Source: Dimorphilus gyrociliatus (lineage: Eukaryota; Animalia; Annelida). From it: a DNA stretch of 64,000 nucleotides. A program made the position numbers and the translations under genes. Below are positions 38,940 through 50,336 of this stretch, one piece after another (positions within the stretch are counted from its first letter, which is position 1; each line of letters starts with the position of its first letter). The DNA is taken from NCBI GenBank assembly GCA_904063045.1, contig CAJFCJ010000026.1, forward strand, positions 350,964 through 414,963. The letters run 5' to 3'. The notes beneath the pieces are model-generated. The model was not told the origin of the DNA. It was given only the letters and a program-made list of their open reading frames with translations, and made no database searches.

Positions 38940-39670
38940 ACTTGAATGTGTGTCAGTTAGGCACATATCCCTTCAATCTTTCCTGATTGATATATTGAAT
39001 GATAAACTTTGATTTGCTCCATGAATGGGTTTTTTGTCTAGTGAATTTCTTTGTTAATGAATTCTTGTAGGACATCTCTGCTTTTTAGTTCTCTTACTCC
39101 ACACTCAAATACTACTTTTAGAAGTTTTAGCATTGAGTGTGAAGGGAAATCCATTGTGTATCAGAATGTACTTTCCCAGTTGACTTCTAACCCTAATTAT
39201 TTGAAAATCATTATCCATAACTTCTTGGAAAGTGTCAACAGCATTCACTGATATTTCATCATAATTTGCATTCAAATCTCTCAAAACCATCACCTTTTCT
39301 GTTATCCGTTGCCTCTTCATCAATCTTATCATCTCCATTCTCATTCATTGCAACAGTCTCTCTTTCATTCATTGATCTTCTAGTCTAAACCTAACCCTGA
39401 CCCTAACCCTAACCCTAACCCTGATTGAATTCTTACTGATGATAGATTTTTCATAGCACACAGAATTTTCTCTTCTGTCTTCCATAAACTGTAAGTTTAC
39501 AATTTTTGTACTTGATTGCAGATTTTAAAAATGTTTAATTTATTATTTGAAGAAAAGTGGAAAACTTTGAAACAAATATTTGTAATACTATTTCAAGATT
39601 CTCTTATCAAGTAATCAATAAACAAATTCAAAATGGCTGACCTGGAAAAAAAACTGGTACTTGTTCTCAT
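38940..39670 (-). pseudogene. Fragment of the MULE family found at 52736-54716
   Basis: NAVDTFQEVMDNDFQII..SQLGKYILIHNGFPFTL; shared 5' sequence ctcttatcaagtaatcaa..aaaatggctgacc. Confidence 0.85.
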
Positions 39671-41666
39671 TAATACTCATAATTCTATTTAGTTTTATGA
39701 TTTTACACCTGACCCTTGATAATGTTAGACCAATTGATTTGTGATTATATAATTTTAATAGGTCAGAATGTGTTAGGGTTAGGGTAAAATCGCAAAAAAC
39801 CCTAAATTAATATTAATACTCACGAAACCAGTTTTCGTATCATTAATATTCATGATATTGATTATCCTCATAAATATTCATGATTCGGATAGTACTCACA
39901 AACTGTTTTAAAATGAGAACAAGCGGACGATATCGTCAAATAGGCTCTGGCATCCATCAGAGTACAACCTTCTTATAAGGTTATCTGATGTATTATTTTG
40001 TCTATATTCTATATGCCCTGTTATCTGATGACTGAGGAATTTGCTAAAATCCAAAATACGAATATTTATAGACGTACGTCGACGATCATTTTGGCAATTT
40101 TTAACCAATCCTTAAATGGGTTTATATTTGCCTTATTTTAAACACTAAAATTGCTCTTTGTTCAACCCAAAAAAACTTTGGTTTGTTTAATGCAAATCAG
40201 TTGAAAGATTTTCAAAAGTTATTGCCTTTTGTCAGACTTTATTGACAAACAAAATATGCACATATACACACACACACACACACTACACATACGAATAATT
40301 TTGTCATTTCATCCTTTTGTCTTATTCTCGTCAATTGGATATAGTATATAAAGAAAGGTTCACTAAATAAGACACAATTTTTTTTTTACATGATTAATGA
40401 TGACGTCGGCAAACAATAATTATCATCATTTTCATCATCAAACTGTTTGTTTGTAAGAAGAAAAAGCACTTGAATCTTTTTCAATTTCCGAATCAATTGC
40501 TTTTGCTTGTTCCTCTTCTTCCAATCTCTCTTCTTCATTGTAAAAAAATACAACAAATATTTTACGATGACAAATGTTAACAAAATTCTTTTGGAGAATG
40601 AAAAATTAATTGTTTGGCAGTTTGTACAAACAATCTCTTTTCTTCGGTCAGTTCGATATTTAGTTTTTTTTTTTCAAGAAAATATTGTAATAATCTGAAT
40701 TTTTTACATTGTTATCATCATTCCTTTTCAATGTTAAAAATTGTCTTTCAGAAAGTTTGTCCGTTAGAGACGGAATGAAACGAATTTGCTCTACGCTTCG
40801 GAGGCTGCCTCAAAAATGGCTTGTTCCGTCGGTCAACCTCCGTCTTATATACGTTACTCAATCAGGGAATTTTTTTCGTATTCACCTCATTTTCGTATAA
40901 TATTGTAATTTCTTTGATGAATTATTTGAACTTGAGGAAAAAAAAGACATAGAATTATTGCCCAGTCTTTTCTATTTATCGAATTTAAAATTAAGGTCAT
41001 TAAGATTTTGGCACAACGCAATAAAAAAAGGGAGGAGGGAAGGAATGGTTAGTAGGTAAAAGCAAGAGAGTTAGGGGTTAAAAGGAAAAGGATTAAAAGG
41101 TTAGATAAAGCCAAAGAGGGTTAGGGGAAAAAGGGGAAAAAAAAAAAGAAAACATTTTTTTTAAGTTTGTTTTTTTTTAATCCTATTTTTTTTTTATTCA
41201 TCTCTTTTTCAATTTTGATATCAAAATTCCTAAGAGAAGGAAGATTTTCTTTTTATCAATAAAAGTGGTTCTACGTTACTTTGAAGCATAAACTCATTGA
41301 AAAATTGCGTCAGCATTCAATTTTTTTTTTGAATCGATCATCTCGTTAATAGAGAAACAATTTAGTTCATACCAACAACGACAAAAATGATAATATGTTG
41401 TTTGGTAGGTCTTTGTAACTTGCTGGAATAAACTTAGCAAAATAATAGCATAGTTTTATATCGTTAAGATAATCCAAGATTTATCGTAAGAATAATCTTC
41501 GGGGGTGCGTATGTTGGGAATAGATTTGTCCAGGGAGGGGAGGAATAGTGAAGTTGAGAATGGGTATGGTTGAATAGTAAATCAGAAAGAAACTTGAAAA
41601 AGTTTCTATTGTAGAAAGCCACTTGGGCTCTCATGAATAAGTGACGAGCTCCCGCTGCGTTGCCAG

Positions 41667-41692
41667 TTTTATACAATAATCTAGATCACGTG
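41667..41692 (-). promoter_or_regulatory. Candidate TATA (TATAAAA) and E-box (CACGTG) promoter
   Basis: ttttata at 41667-41673 and CACGTG at 41687-41692, ahead of a GC-richer island. Confidence 0.4.
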
Positions 41693-42359
41693 TCCTGTCA
41701 ATCAATTATACATCGATAAAGCGCCCTCTAGTATTGAGCGAAAAAAGGGATAGTGTATATTAAATTATATTAAAGAAAATGAACATGTTTCAAGGTGAAA
41801 AGAAATTAATAAAAAAATAAAAGGAAATTATATTAATCACTTTAATTACTGTCAATAATTAACAAACAGGTTTTTCAATGTCAAGGTCAATGGCACATTT
41901 GTAAAGGTCACTGAAATGATTGATTATGGAGTACCTATAGGTACATAGTATCACTTTATTTTGTTACGGTAAAAGGTTGTTTTTGCAGTGTTTTGTAAAA
42001 AAAAAAAAAAAAAACACAAAAGAAATAAGTAGTTCATAAACATGATTTAGATGACCCTAATTTCAAGGTGAAGGTCGCCAACGGTCGGTTATATTTTCGA
42101 AAACAGAAACAAATATTACGCACCATCTTCTCTTACAAATCATGTCTTTTAAAAGGAATAGTCTATTTAAAAATCTACAAAAAACAATAGAGAATAATTG
42201 ATAGAAAAATATACATATACGATTTATTCAAAAAAAAAAAAGGGTAACCCTGTTTTATACGAAAATGAAAATGGAATAAAGTGACAAATATTTTCGTACA
42301 GTAAACCTTTAAAAGCAAACGCTCTATCGTTAAAAGTTACATTTGATTGTTGGTCAATC

Positions 42360-42860
42360 AACTGTCAACATCAATTTGTTTTTTTTTATGGCCTCAATAG
42401 TCCATAATAGAGAATTGATAAATTCTATTAATCTTATAGTATGCATGTCCATCGTTTCCTTTAGGTGTCGTATTACGATCGGCATAATTTGAAATCGCTC
42501 TGGTGCGTTTGTCACACTTAGCTTTTCAGAGAGAGAGAGAGAGAGAGACGCCTCTTAAAACGTCTTCTTTTTTGAAATTAACAGTAATTTCAATGAAAAA
42601 TATCTGTCTTTGCTTGAAATTGTACAAAAGAGAAAAACAAACAATGACAATACAAACATTTCTTGAAAAATTTATAATCCTTAAGATTATAGAGAGAAGA
42701 AGAAGATTGATTTAATCCTTCTTCTTGTATTTTTATCATCTTTCTCCGCTAATCCTTCATTTTTGCCCTTAGATTTAGAGATTGAATATGCAAATAAGTT
42801 AAAAAATTGACCCAATTTCCAATACGATTCTCTTCTTCCATTTTCGTTAATCATTCGATT
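42360..42860 (-). CDS. Possible small gene divergent from the kinase gene; exon structure unresolved
   Basis: Exon-like frames MINENGRRESYWKLGQFF.. and LSVTNAPERFQIMPIVIRHLKETMDMHTIRLIEFINSLLWT..; AATAAA-like signal downstream. Confidence 0.3.
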
Positions 42861-43445
42861 TATTAAATGATTAACAAAGCAAGATATAAAATGATTTAGT
42901 CGAAATTAAATGGTTTAATCAGATTTTATTGTCTTAGAAACTCATTAAAATTGCATGCCGGATTGACTTATAAGTCTGTGTAAAACAGTTAAATTATCCA
43001 TCCTATTTATATAGAGTGGATAAATAGTTTTTATATTTGGGGCGTCTATTTCCTTTTTTTAAAACAAGCATCAAATATGGTAGCTTGGAGAGTAGACTTC
43101 TTTTCAGAAGATCAGTCACGTCTCTATTAATTTACTGTACTGTCGTAGCGAAAACCCGCCTCTTTTATATACTAGCCATTTCACGGTTATTTTCGAATTT
43201 GCAATTATTTTCGTACGTTTATATCGACAACTTCTATGTAGAAAGTTACGATTAACCAGCTTAATATATTTAGGGTATTGGAAAAACTTATTGTTTGAAA
43301 ATGGCTTATTACCGGACAATTAGAGATTACAAGAGTTTCCAGTCTTAACGCTGGAATTTTGATTTATAGTTGAGCGATATTAAATTAATTTACATTTAAT
43401 CGCTTAATGAATATTCAAATTAGGCTACTGCCGTTGTGTAAAAAT

Positions 43446-43459
43446 TTGTCACGTGACAA
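43446..43459. promoter_or_regulatory. Perfect 14-bp palindromic E-box TTGTCACGTGACAA (USF/MiT-TFE type core)
   Basis: Lies about 150 bp upstream of the ATG at 43611. Confidence 0.55.
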
Positions 43460-43610
43460 GTCTGCTGACATAAATTAGATGATAATTTATGCGCAAATTA
43501 AAATAGTCTGGTATCCCGTTTCTAACCAACAATTGTTTAAACATCGAACGGGACACCACATTAAATTAGTTACCTGGTAAAAGTTATATTTCGTTTTGTG
43601 TTCGTTGAAA

Positions 43611-44913
43611 ATGGGAAGAACTCGTCGTAAAAGGGGAAAAAAGGTAGTTAAAAACTTTCTTCTTTGTTTAATATAATAAGATTGTAAATGAAAATAACAA
43701 CAACAACAATAACTTAGGCTGTAGACGAGAATAAAGAAAACGGAAATGGCGTAAAGAAGAGAGTAGTGGTACACAAATGTCCTAGTTGTATGAGAACTTC
43801 GCAGAGCGTATGTAATATCATTAATCATCTAAAACATCACGAAATTAAAGACAAATATTCAAGTAAAACAATAAAATATAATAGTTTTTTCTGTTTTAAT
43901 TAGTTTTTTAATTATAAAGCTGACGATCAAGTGCTATTACCATATATTCTATTAACTGCCGGCTACGAATTAAAGGGAAAATTAAATATTGGAACATTGT
44001 CGAAAGTTCTCGAAGTTGCTCATAATGGAAAAAATTACGTTGTTAAAAGTTTAAAGAGGGGAAATCCTTTTGAATTTGAGATATTAAATTCTTGTTTTAC
44101 TAATTATACAATACAAATTTTAGATGGTAAGTATATATTATATCATGTTCTTTTTAAAAGAACGTTTATATATTTGGAACATTCTTTTAAAAGAACGTTC
44201 TTTCTTTTTTTTTTTTTAAACGAATATATTATTCCTTAAAAGAACATTCAATAATGTTCGAAGATTCTATTAAAAAGAATGTTTCGTTCTTATCATGTCT
44301 TTTTTGTTTTTTTAGTGTTGCTTGAAGGAGATGATATGTACGCTCTATTCGATTCTTGCGACTTTAACTTGAGATTGATGCTAAATAATTGGAAGTTAAA
44401 GGTACCATTTCGAAAATATATTATCAACGAGATTTTTATGGCTATAAAGTTTTTGCACGATAAGGAAATCGTTCACGGAGATATTACAATCGATCAGTAA
44501 CTATACTCTCTCTCTCTCTCTCTTTATCATACACTTACTTTTTCTCTTTTCACAGTATTCTAATTAAAGATGGACACGTTAAACTTACCGGATTCAAGCA
44601 TTCGTTTTATAAAACATCGTCGAATTTTGATATTGGTACTGATGGATATAAAGCGCCGGAAATATTAAGGAAAAAACGAAAACATCTCGATAAAAAGATT
44701 GATTTATGGAGTATTGGAGTTTGCGTTTTTAATTGCACCAATCTTCGTCATCCTTTCTACGATGTAGATCCATTTGTTAAATTTAACGAAGAAGAAAAAC
44801 AATTGATTAGAAATCTCAAGATATCCGAAGAATTTGGGGACGATCTTGCTAAACAATTTAAATCTTTAATGCAAATTTCTCCTTCGAAAAGGGCAATTAC
44901 TTATATTGTTTAA
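43611..44913 (+). CDS. C2H2 zinc finger plus kinase-fold protein (probable pseudokinase), 5 exons, 307 aa
   Basis: Exons 43611-43643, 43718-43862, 43920-44126, 44316-44496, 44556-44913; all introns GT-AG and phase-compatible (924 nt); CPSC-x12-HLKHH finger; VVK, HGDITIDH, LTGF, GYKAPE, IDLWSIG, P..R motifs. Confidence 0.85.
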
Positions 44914-45469
44914 TTGATATACAAACAAACAAACCAGGAAAAAATAATGTATTGCTGATTTTAATAAATTTTTTTTTCTGAAAAACAAACAAACAAACAA
45001 ACAAGGTTAAGGTGCATTTTTACAAGACAAACACTCGTCATTTTAGCATCTATCTCTTAATAATTTTTGTCTTTACAACACTAAAAACTCCCTTGTATTC
45101 TTTCATTCAATTTTCATTCGCATAAGGTAAAAATAAGGTCAAGGTCAAGACTTTTTATGCGGATATGATCAGCTCTTCATCTTCGTTATCCAATCGATCG
45201 TGGAGTGGTCAATCCTTAGGTCAATATATGTACGATAACGTTCCACACACTATGCGCCATTTCTTTAAGCTCCCTAACCAAGCGTTTGGCCAGACCTTCC
45301 AAATAAAGGAACACTCGTATTATCACTGTCAATTTTCCACAATCTCATAGATCCATCATCCTTGTTCATTCAAACATTCATACCAAACGTATCATTTGAA
45401 GGTGAAGGTCAACAAATTATACATAGTATTGAAGGTAAACATCAAGAAAAATTATAAACATTTAAAAAT

Positions 45470-46770
45470 TATTTTAGTGTGGCTCCCTGTTCCCTTTCGA
45501 ATAAAACTGTGCATAATCTAACCGTAAATGTATATTAGTGTGGTTCTTGTCTGCACTAAGGCCGCCTCAAAAAACACATTTTAAAATATATGATACTCTT
45601 TTTCTAAATAATAAAATATTTTACAAGTATACTAGTAACTAGTGTGGTTCCAGTCTCTCCCCAATTGTGTGGCAGATAATCTATCATCCCTTCAAAAAGT
45701 TGCATGACTTTATTCTAAAACGGAAGGTTGAAGGTGAAGGTCGACATATTTGAAAAACGTGTATTTAAAACTTAAAAATTTTTCTAGTGTGGTCATTGCT
45801 TTTATAAAAAGAGAAACGTTTTTTAAATAAGTTAGACTGGTTCTCAGTTTTATCAAGATTATATTTTTTAACTACTTAATATTAGAAATTGATTACAGTA
45901 AAGATTTTATGAAAGGTTTTTACATATTATTGTAATTAGACTGGTATCCAGCTCTTTCATACATTTTCAGTGTCGAAGTAAATCTGTTTTTTTTTAGACT
46001 GGTTCTCAGCTCTATAATAAAAATTAATGTCCATTCCATTTTCGAATAACCGTTTAGCAACAAGCAGGAATAACAAAATATTTCTGCCTATAAAAATTTG
46101 TGATACAAGAACTCAAAGAATGACAGTTTAGCAGATCAATGTTTTCGCAACAATGAATTATGTGTAAACTGGTATAAATATTTCGAACCAGGTGAAACTC
46201 GAATATTATGGGAAACGTTCACAAAATTATGCCTAAAATTATTATTCAAATCTTTTATGAATAAATTATTCTAATTTTATTCGAAAGGGAACAGGGAGCC
46301 ATACTAAAATAATTTAAAAATTTTAAAATTATGTCTAAAATTATTATTCAAATCTTTTATGAATAAATTATTCTAATTTACGATGAATAAATTATTCAAA
46401 TTTATGATGAATACATTATATATTCTACCAGTTAGAAACGTTTTGTTACACTATGATAAACTGGCTTTCTTCACTCAGAAACACTTTTAATCTGGTTCCT
46501 GTATTCTCCATAAAACACATTTTAAGATGTTTTCTAGTGTTCTTTGTTTAACAAAAACGATTTCTAGTGTGGTTTCTGTTCCCTTCAAGAAAACACATTT
46601 TAAAAAGTATGGTTGTATTTTTCTTAAAAAGACACTCATTTGAAAAGTATTTAGTGTGGTTCCTATCACCCACCAAAAAGCTACTTTTCAAAATGTATGC
46701 CATTATTTTGGTTTTACATGTACATATCGAAAATGTATTTTAGTATGATTCCTATCCCGCTATGAAATAC
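45470..46770 (-). repeat. GGAACCACACTA minisatellite array, mostly reverse orientation
   Basis: tagtgtggttc units; further reverse arrays at ~54930-56000, 58670-60480, 61950-62400. Confidence 0.75.
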
Positions 46771-46840
46771 ATTTTAAAATTTAATTATTGTAAGATGAAA
46801 TTTAAGACATTTAAAAGATGTTAGATTAACACATTTATTA

Positions 46841-47028
46841 TTATGGAGCATAAATATATGATATACACCAATTCTCTGGTTTACATATGGAGTTCATAAT
46901 CCAAGTTGCTTCAAAATATTCCAACAAATCTGCAAATTTTTCTTTTTCTGCAAGTTGAGATTTCAATCTGTAAAATGTTGAAGCAATGATATCAGCAGGC
47001 AGAAAAGGTAAAGCCTTCAGCTTTCTCA
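46841..47028 (-). pseudogene. MULE fragment split by a later insertion (continues at ~52304-52365)
   Basis: LRKLKALPFLPADII..LLEYFEATW; the joined flanks align with 54121-54330. Confidence 0.8.
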
Positions 47029-47409
47029 GGGACCAACTGAGACAGAAAACGGCCACAAAATTTCGAAATATACAATACTCATAAATTGAATAGAATAAGT
47101 TAATTTAAAATTTTTTTCTATTAGTTAGTAAATATTGGATGAAAAAATATTAAATTATCCACCAGTTTTTCCTAAGAGGTTGAATATTTTGCACTATTTT
47201 TAAATTCCTGCCAATAGGTTAAAGCAGCTCAAAGGAGATTTTTGCCACAATGCTACCATATTGTTTTGGATGTAAGAAAAAGATTAATAAGCTGAAGCAA
47301 GGTGTTTGTTCACTTTGTCATCATAAAGTCCATTGGGCTTGTTTATCAGGTAAGATCCAAATTGATTTAATGTAAACTAAGCTCTTTCTTTTGTAGATGG
47401 ATTATGTTC

Positions 47410-50336
47410 GGATGTCATGGAAAACGTCCACAATGGAAAACGTCCACAATGAAAAACGTCCACAAATTTATGGAAAACGTCCACAGACAATATGGAAAAC
47501 GTCCACAGAAATATGGAAAATGTCCACAAATATATGGAAAACGTCCACAACCACTACAAATATCTTTAAAAGAGAAAAAGTGTAATTCTTAGGTAAATGT
47601 ATATTATAAATGAATATTTAAATAAAGTTATTGATAAATTTTTATGTACACCAGAACTTATCAAACTTATGAAAATGTATTTAGCAACTAATTGTAAAAT
47701 GTTACATTACAAGAAAAGTAAAGTAAACAGTGCTAGAAACTAACATTTTAAACTTCAAAAATCACACATTATGGATGATAAATTGAACAACAAAGTTGCA
47801 GTAGTTGAGAAACATTCATTTCAGATCTTTCAAAACTTTCCCAAGCTTCAAAGATTTTTTTTTGTAGATGCTTATAAGTTTTTCTCTGATTTCTGCAGAT
47901 TTTCTTTTCAGATAGAAGCTTTTCAAACACATTGATTAGATCTGCTTCATGTTTCAACTTTTGAACAATTGTGTAAAATGATGTTCTATTCCCAAAAGAT
48001 GAGTTAAATTTTTGATGGAAGCCTTCCAGATCATTGTTTGTGCGAATTGCTCTTTTGAAACATGACCAAGCTGATGGAGGCCAAATTGTACTATCAATCC
48101 ATGTATTTTGAATGTAAGAAATCAGTTGAGATAACTCATTACATTCTTGCAGATAATCTTTTATACTTTCAAATTGATGTTTGATGTGATCTGATGGTAG
48201 AAATGGTAGAGAGAGGAGTAGTCTCATTGCAAACCATTCTCCTGTGCGATTTTTATATTGTGATTGATGTCCAAGCTCCTATTATTAATAAATGATTGAA
48301 TAAAAACTATTAAAAAGTTATAAAAAACTTTTTATTTATACATTACCCCAATCTTTCTGTAAATTGCTTGACACCAGTGAAAAAGACATCCAATTATGTT
48401 AACATCAGGTGCTAATTCACTCATAGCTCTCCATGCACTCTCTTCAAAATCTAGCATGGCAGTTTTTGGTTGAAATCCATTAGTCAGTTTAAAAACAGCC
48501 TATAAAATATTAACAGTATTTAAAGAAATACATTTTGAATTTATCTTATTTACCTTGAATATAATTTTATAAGCTGATTTTTTCTTGGATGAGCAGAATG
48601 CAAATAAGAGAGGGACTTGTTTCAATTCTGAATCTTTTTTTAGAAATCCATGAATGGAGTATAATTGCTTGAATGGATCATTTGCAGGTTTGAATGTTCC
48701 ATCAAGGAACCAAATATTTGTTGATTGTAAAAGATTAAGTTGATGGTCTGTTGCAAATATTACTACTCTTGTTTGCTTTTCAAAAATATCCACTTTCAAG
48801 AAGTTTTCTGGTAAGAACATTTGCTTTATAATAAATCTTAAACCAGTAGGCTCTTTTGGTCTATTTTTTCTTTTGTGATAGTTAACAACTTCAATGCAAG
48901 ATTTTATTGATGGTAAAGATTCATTTTTGTTGAATTCAATTAGAGTTTCCTCTGCAATGCTTCTCCCATTTTGATGAACATTAACTTTGCCTTTCTCCCT
49001 GACATTCTTTTTCAAAATAAGTTTATTTTCAATGTCTTTAACAGGACTGTGAAAGTGCTCAGCTTTAGATAATGTATAGGAGTAATTCAATTCAGTAATT
49101 GCAGCTTTGCACTTTTGCTTCTTTGTTCTTACACCACAAGTCCAGTATGTTGTTTCACCACGATTACACTTTAATGTATACCAATATCCATTATGTATCA
49201 ACACATTTTTCCCTTTAGCACTTGCCTTTTCAAGAATTTTGAATGGCTCAATTTCATCACACATGCTTTTTTCAAATACTTGATCATTTTCAGTTGAAAT
49301 TTCCACTTCATTGCAAAAGTCAGGTACTGTTTCTGGAATTTCTGTTGACACTGCATATTCACTAGAAAAATCTGCAATATGTTCTTCATCATTAACCATT
49401 TCATCTGCTATCCTGTGCTCTTGATAAACTCCAAAATGAAAGGAAAAATTAATATCAGATGGTTTTGGAGAAGTAAATTTGTCATTAATGTCTTCCTCTT
49501 GAGGTGCAATTTGTGATGGTGGCATTATCATTTGCATAGCACTACTTTCATTCAATTCATTCTGCTGAGTTTTTTTGAATTTGCATCTATTCAGTTGTAT
49601 AATAACTTCTTTATTGTTTATTTCTTTGCATTGAGTGCAATATTTTCCTATTTAAAAAGTAATATTTAAAATGTGAAACTGAAATTATTCACAGAGTCTG
49701 ACCTTCAATACATTTGACATGGAATATGTATTTGCATAGTACACATTTCATTTGCTTTTCCTTTCCACAAAAGTGTTTGTTACAACTTTTGCATGCTGCC
49801 ATTTTGAATCCTGATGTAATGCTACATTTAAAACATTCATTTAATTCAAAATTCGCTACTTTTTACCTGCCAATTAATAATAATACATTATGATAAATAA
49901 AGAAAAATAATACTTACAATTATTACACATATATAACACCAGTTTTAAAGCAGTTTCAATGAATTTTCCTCAAAAGTAAACAGCTTAAAAAAACAGGAAG
50001 TAGATATAACTAGAAAAGAAAACTGGTATAAAATGAATATTTTTCTTATACTTTTAAGATATCTCACTAATCCTTTATCAATTAATTTTCAAGTTCTTTG
50101 TTGTAAATATTTTTTTTGGTTTTATGTTAAGAAAATTCTTTCTATTAAAGTTGTGCACATTTGCTATTTCAGCTGTGGACGTTTTCCATTTTACTTGTGG
50201 ACGTTTTCCATTTAATCTGTGGACATTTTCCATATTTGTGTGGACATTTTCCATATTGTCTGTGGACGTTTTCCATAAATTTGTGGACGTTTTCCATTGT
50301 GGACGTTTTCCATTGTGGACGTTTTCCATGACCCCC
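47410..50336 (-). mobile_element. MULE-A: full-length, apparently autonomous Mutator/Phantom-like element (2927 bp)
   Basis: TSD attatgttc at 47401-47409 and 50337-50345; TIRs with 7 (left) and 8 (right) GGAAAA(C/T)GTCCACA repeats. Confidence 0.97.
47769..49802 (-). CDS. Intact MULE transposase, 618 aa (PHD-like finger, FLYWCH, DDE)
   Basis: Exons 49802-49703, 49647-48554, 48499-48347, 48278-47769 (1857 nt, GT-AG, in phase); WFLDGTF, MLDFE, CLFH, RTNNDLEGFH. Confidence 0.9.

Noticed and set aside
40300-40700. Multi-exon gene model on the minus strand
   Set aside because: It needs a 27-nt intron and frameshifts across homopolymer runs, and no motif supports it.
40736-41120. Possible telomerase RNA (CCCTAACCCT at ~41105-41116, pseudoknot and H/ACA-like boxes downstream)
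   Set aside because: The putative template is about 270 nt from the pseudoknot in a low-complexity tract, the pseudoknot lacks the expected U/A triple-helix layout, and no CR4/5 was recognised. An Infernal search would settle it.
47397-47592. ORFs made of WKTST/GKRPQ repeats (also 50078-50426), and a possible CRISPR-like array
   Set aside because: These are translations of the MULE-A TIR repeats; the spacers are only 2-9 nt and the context is eukaryotic.
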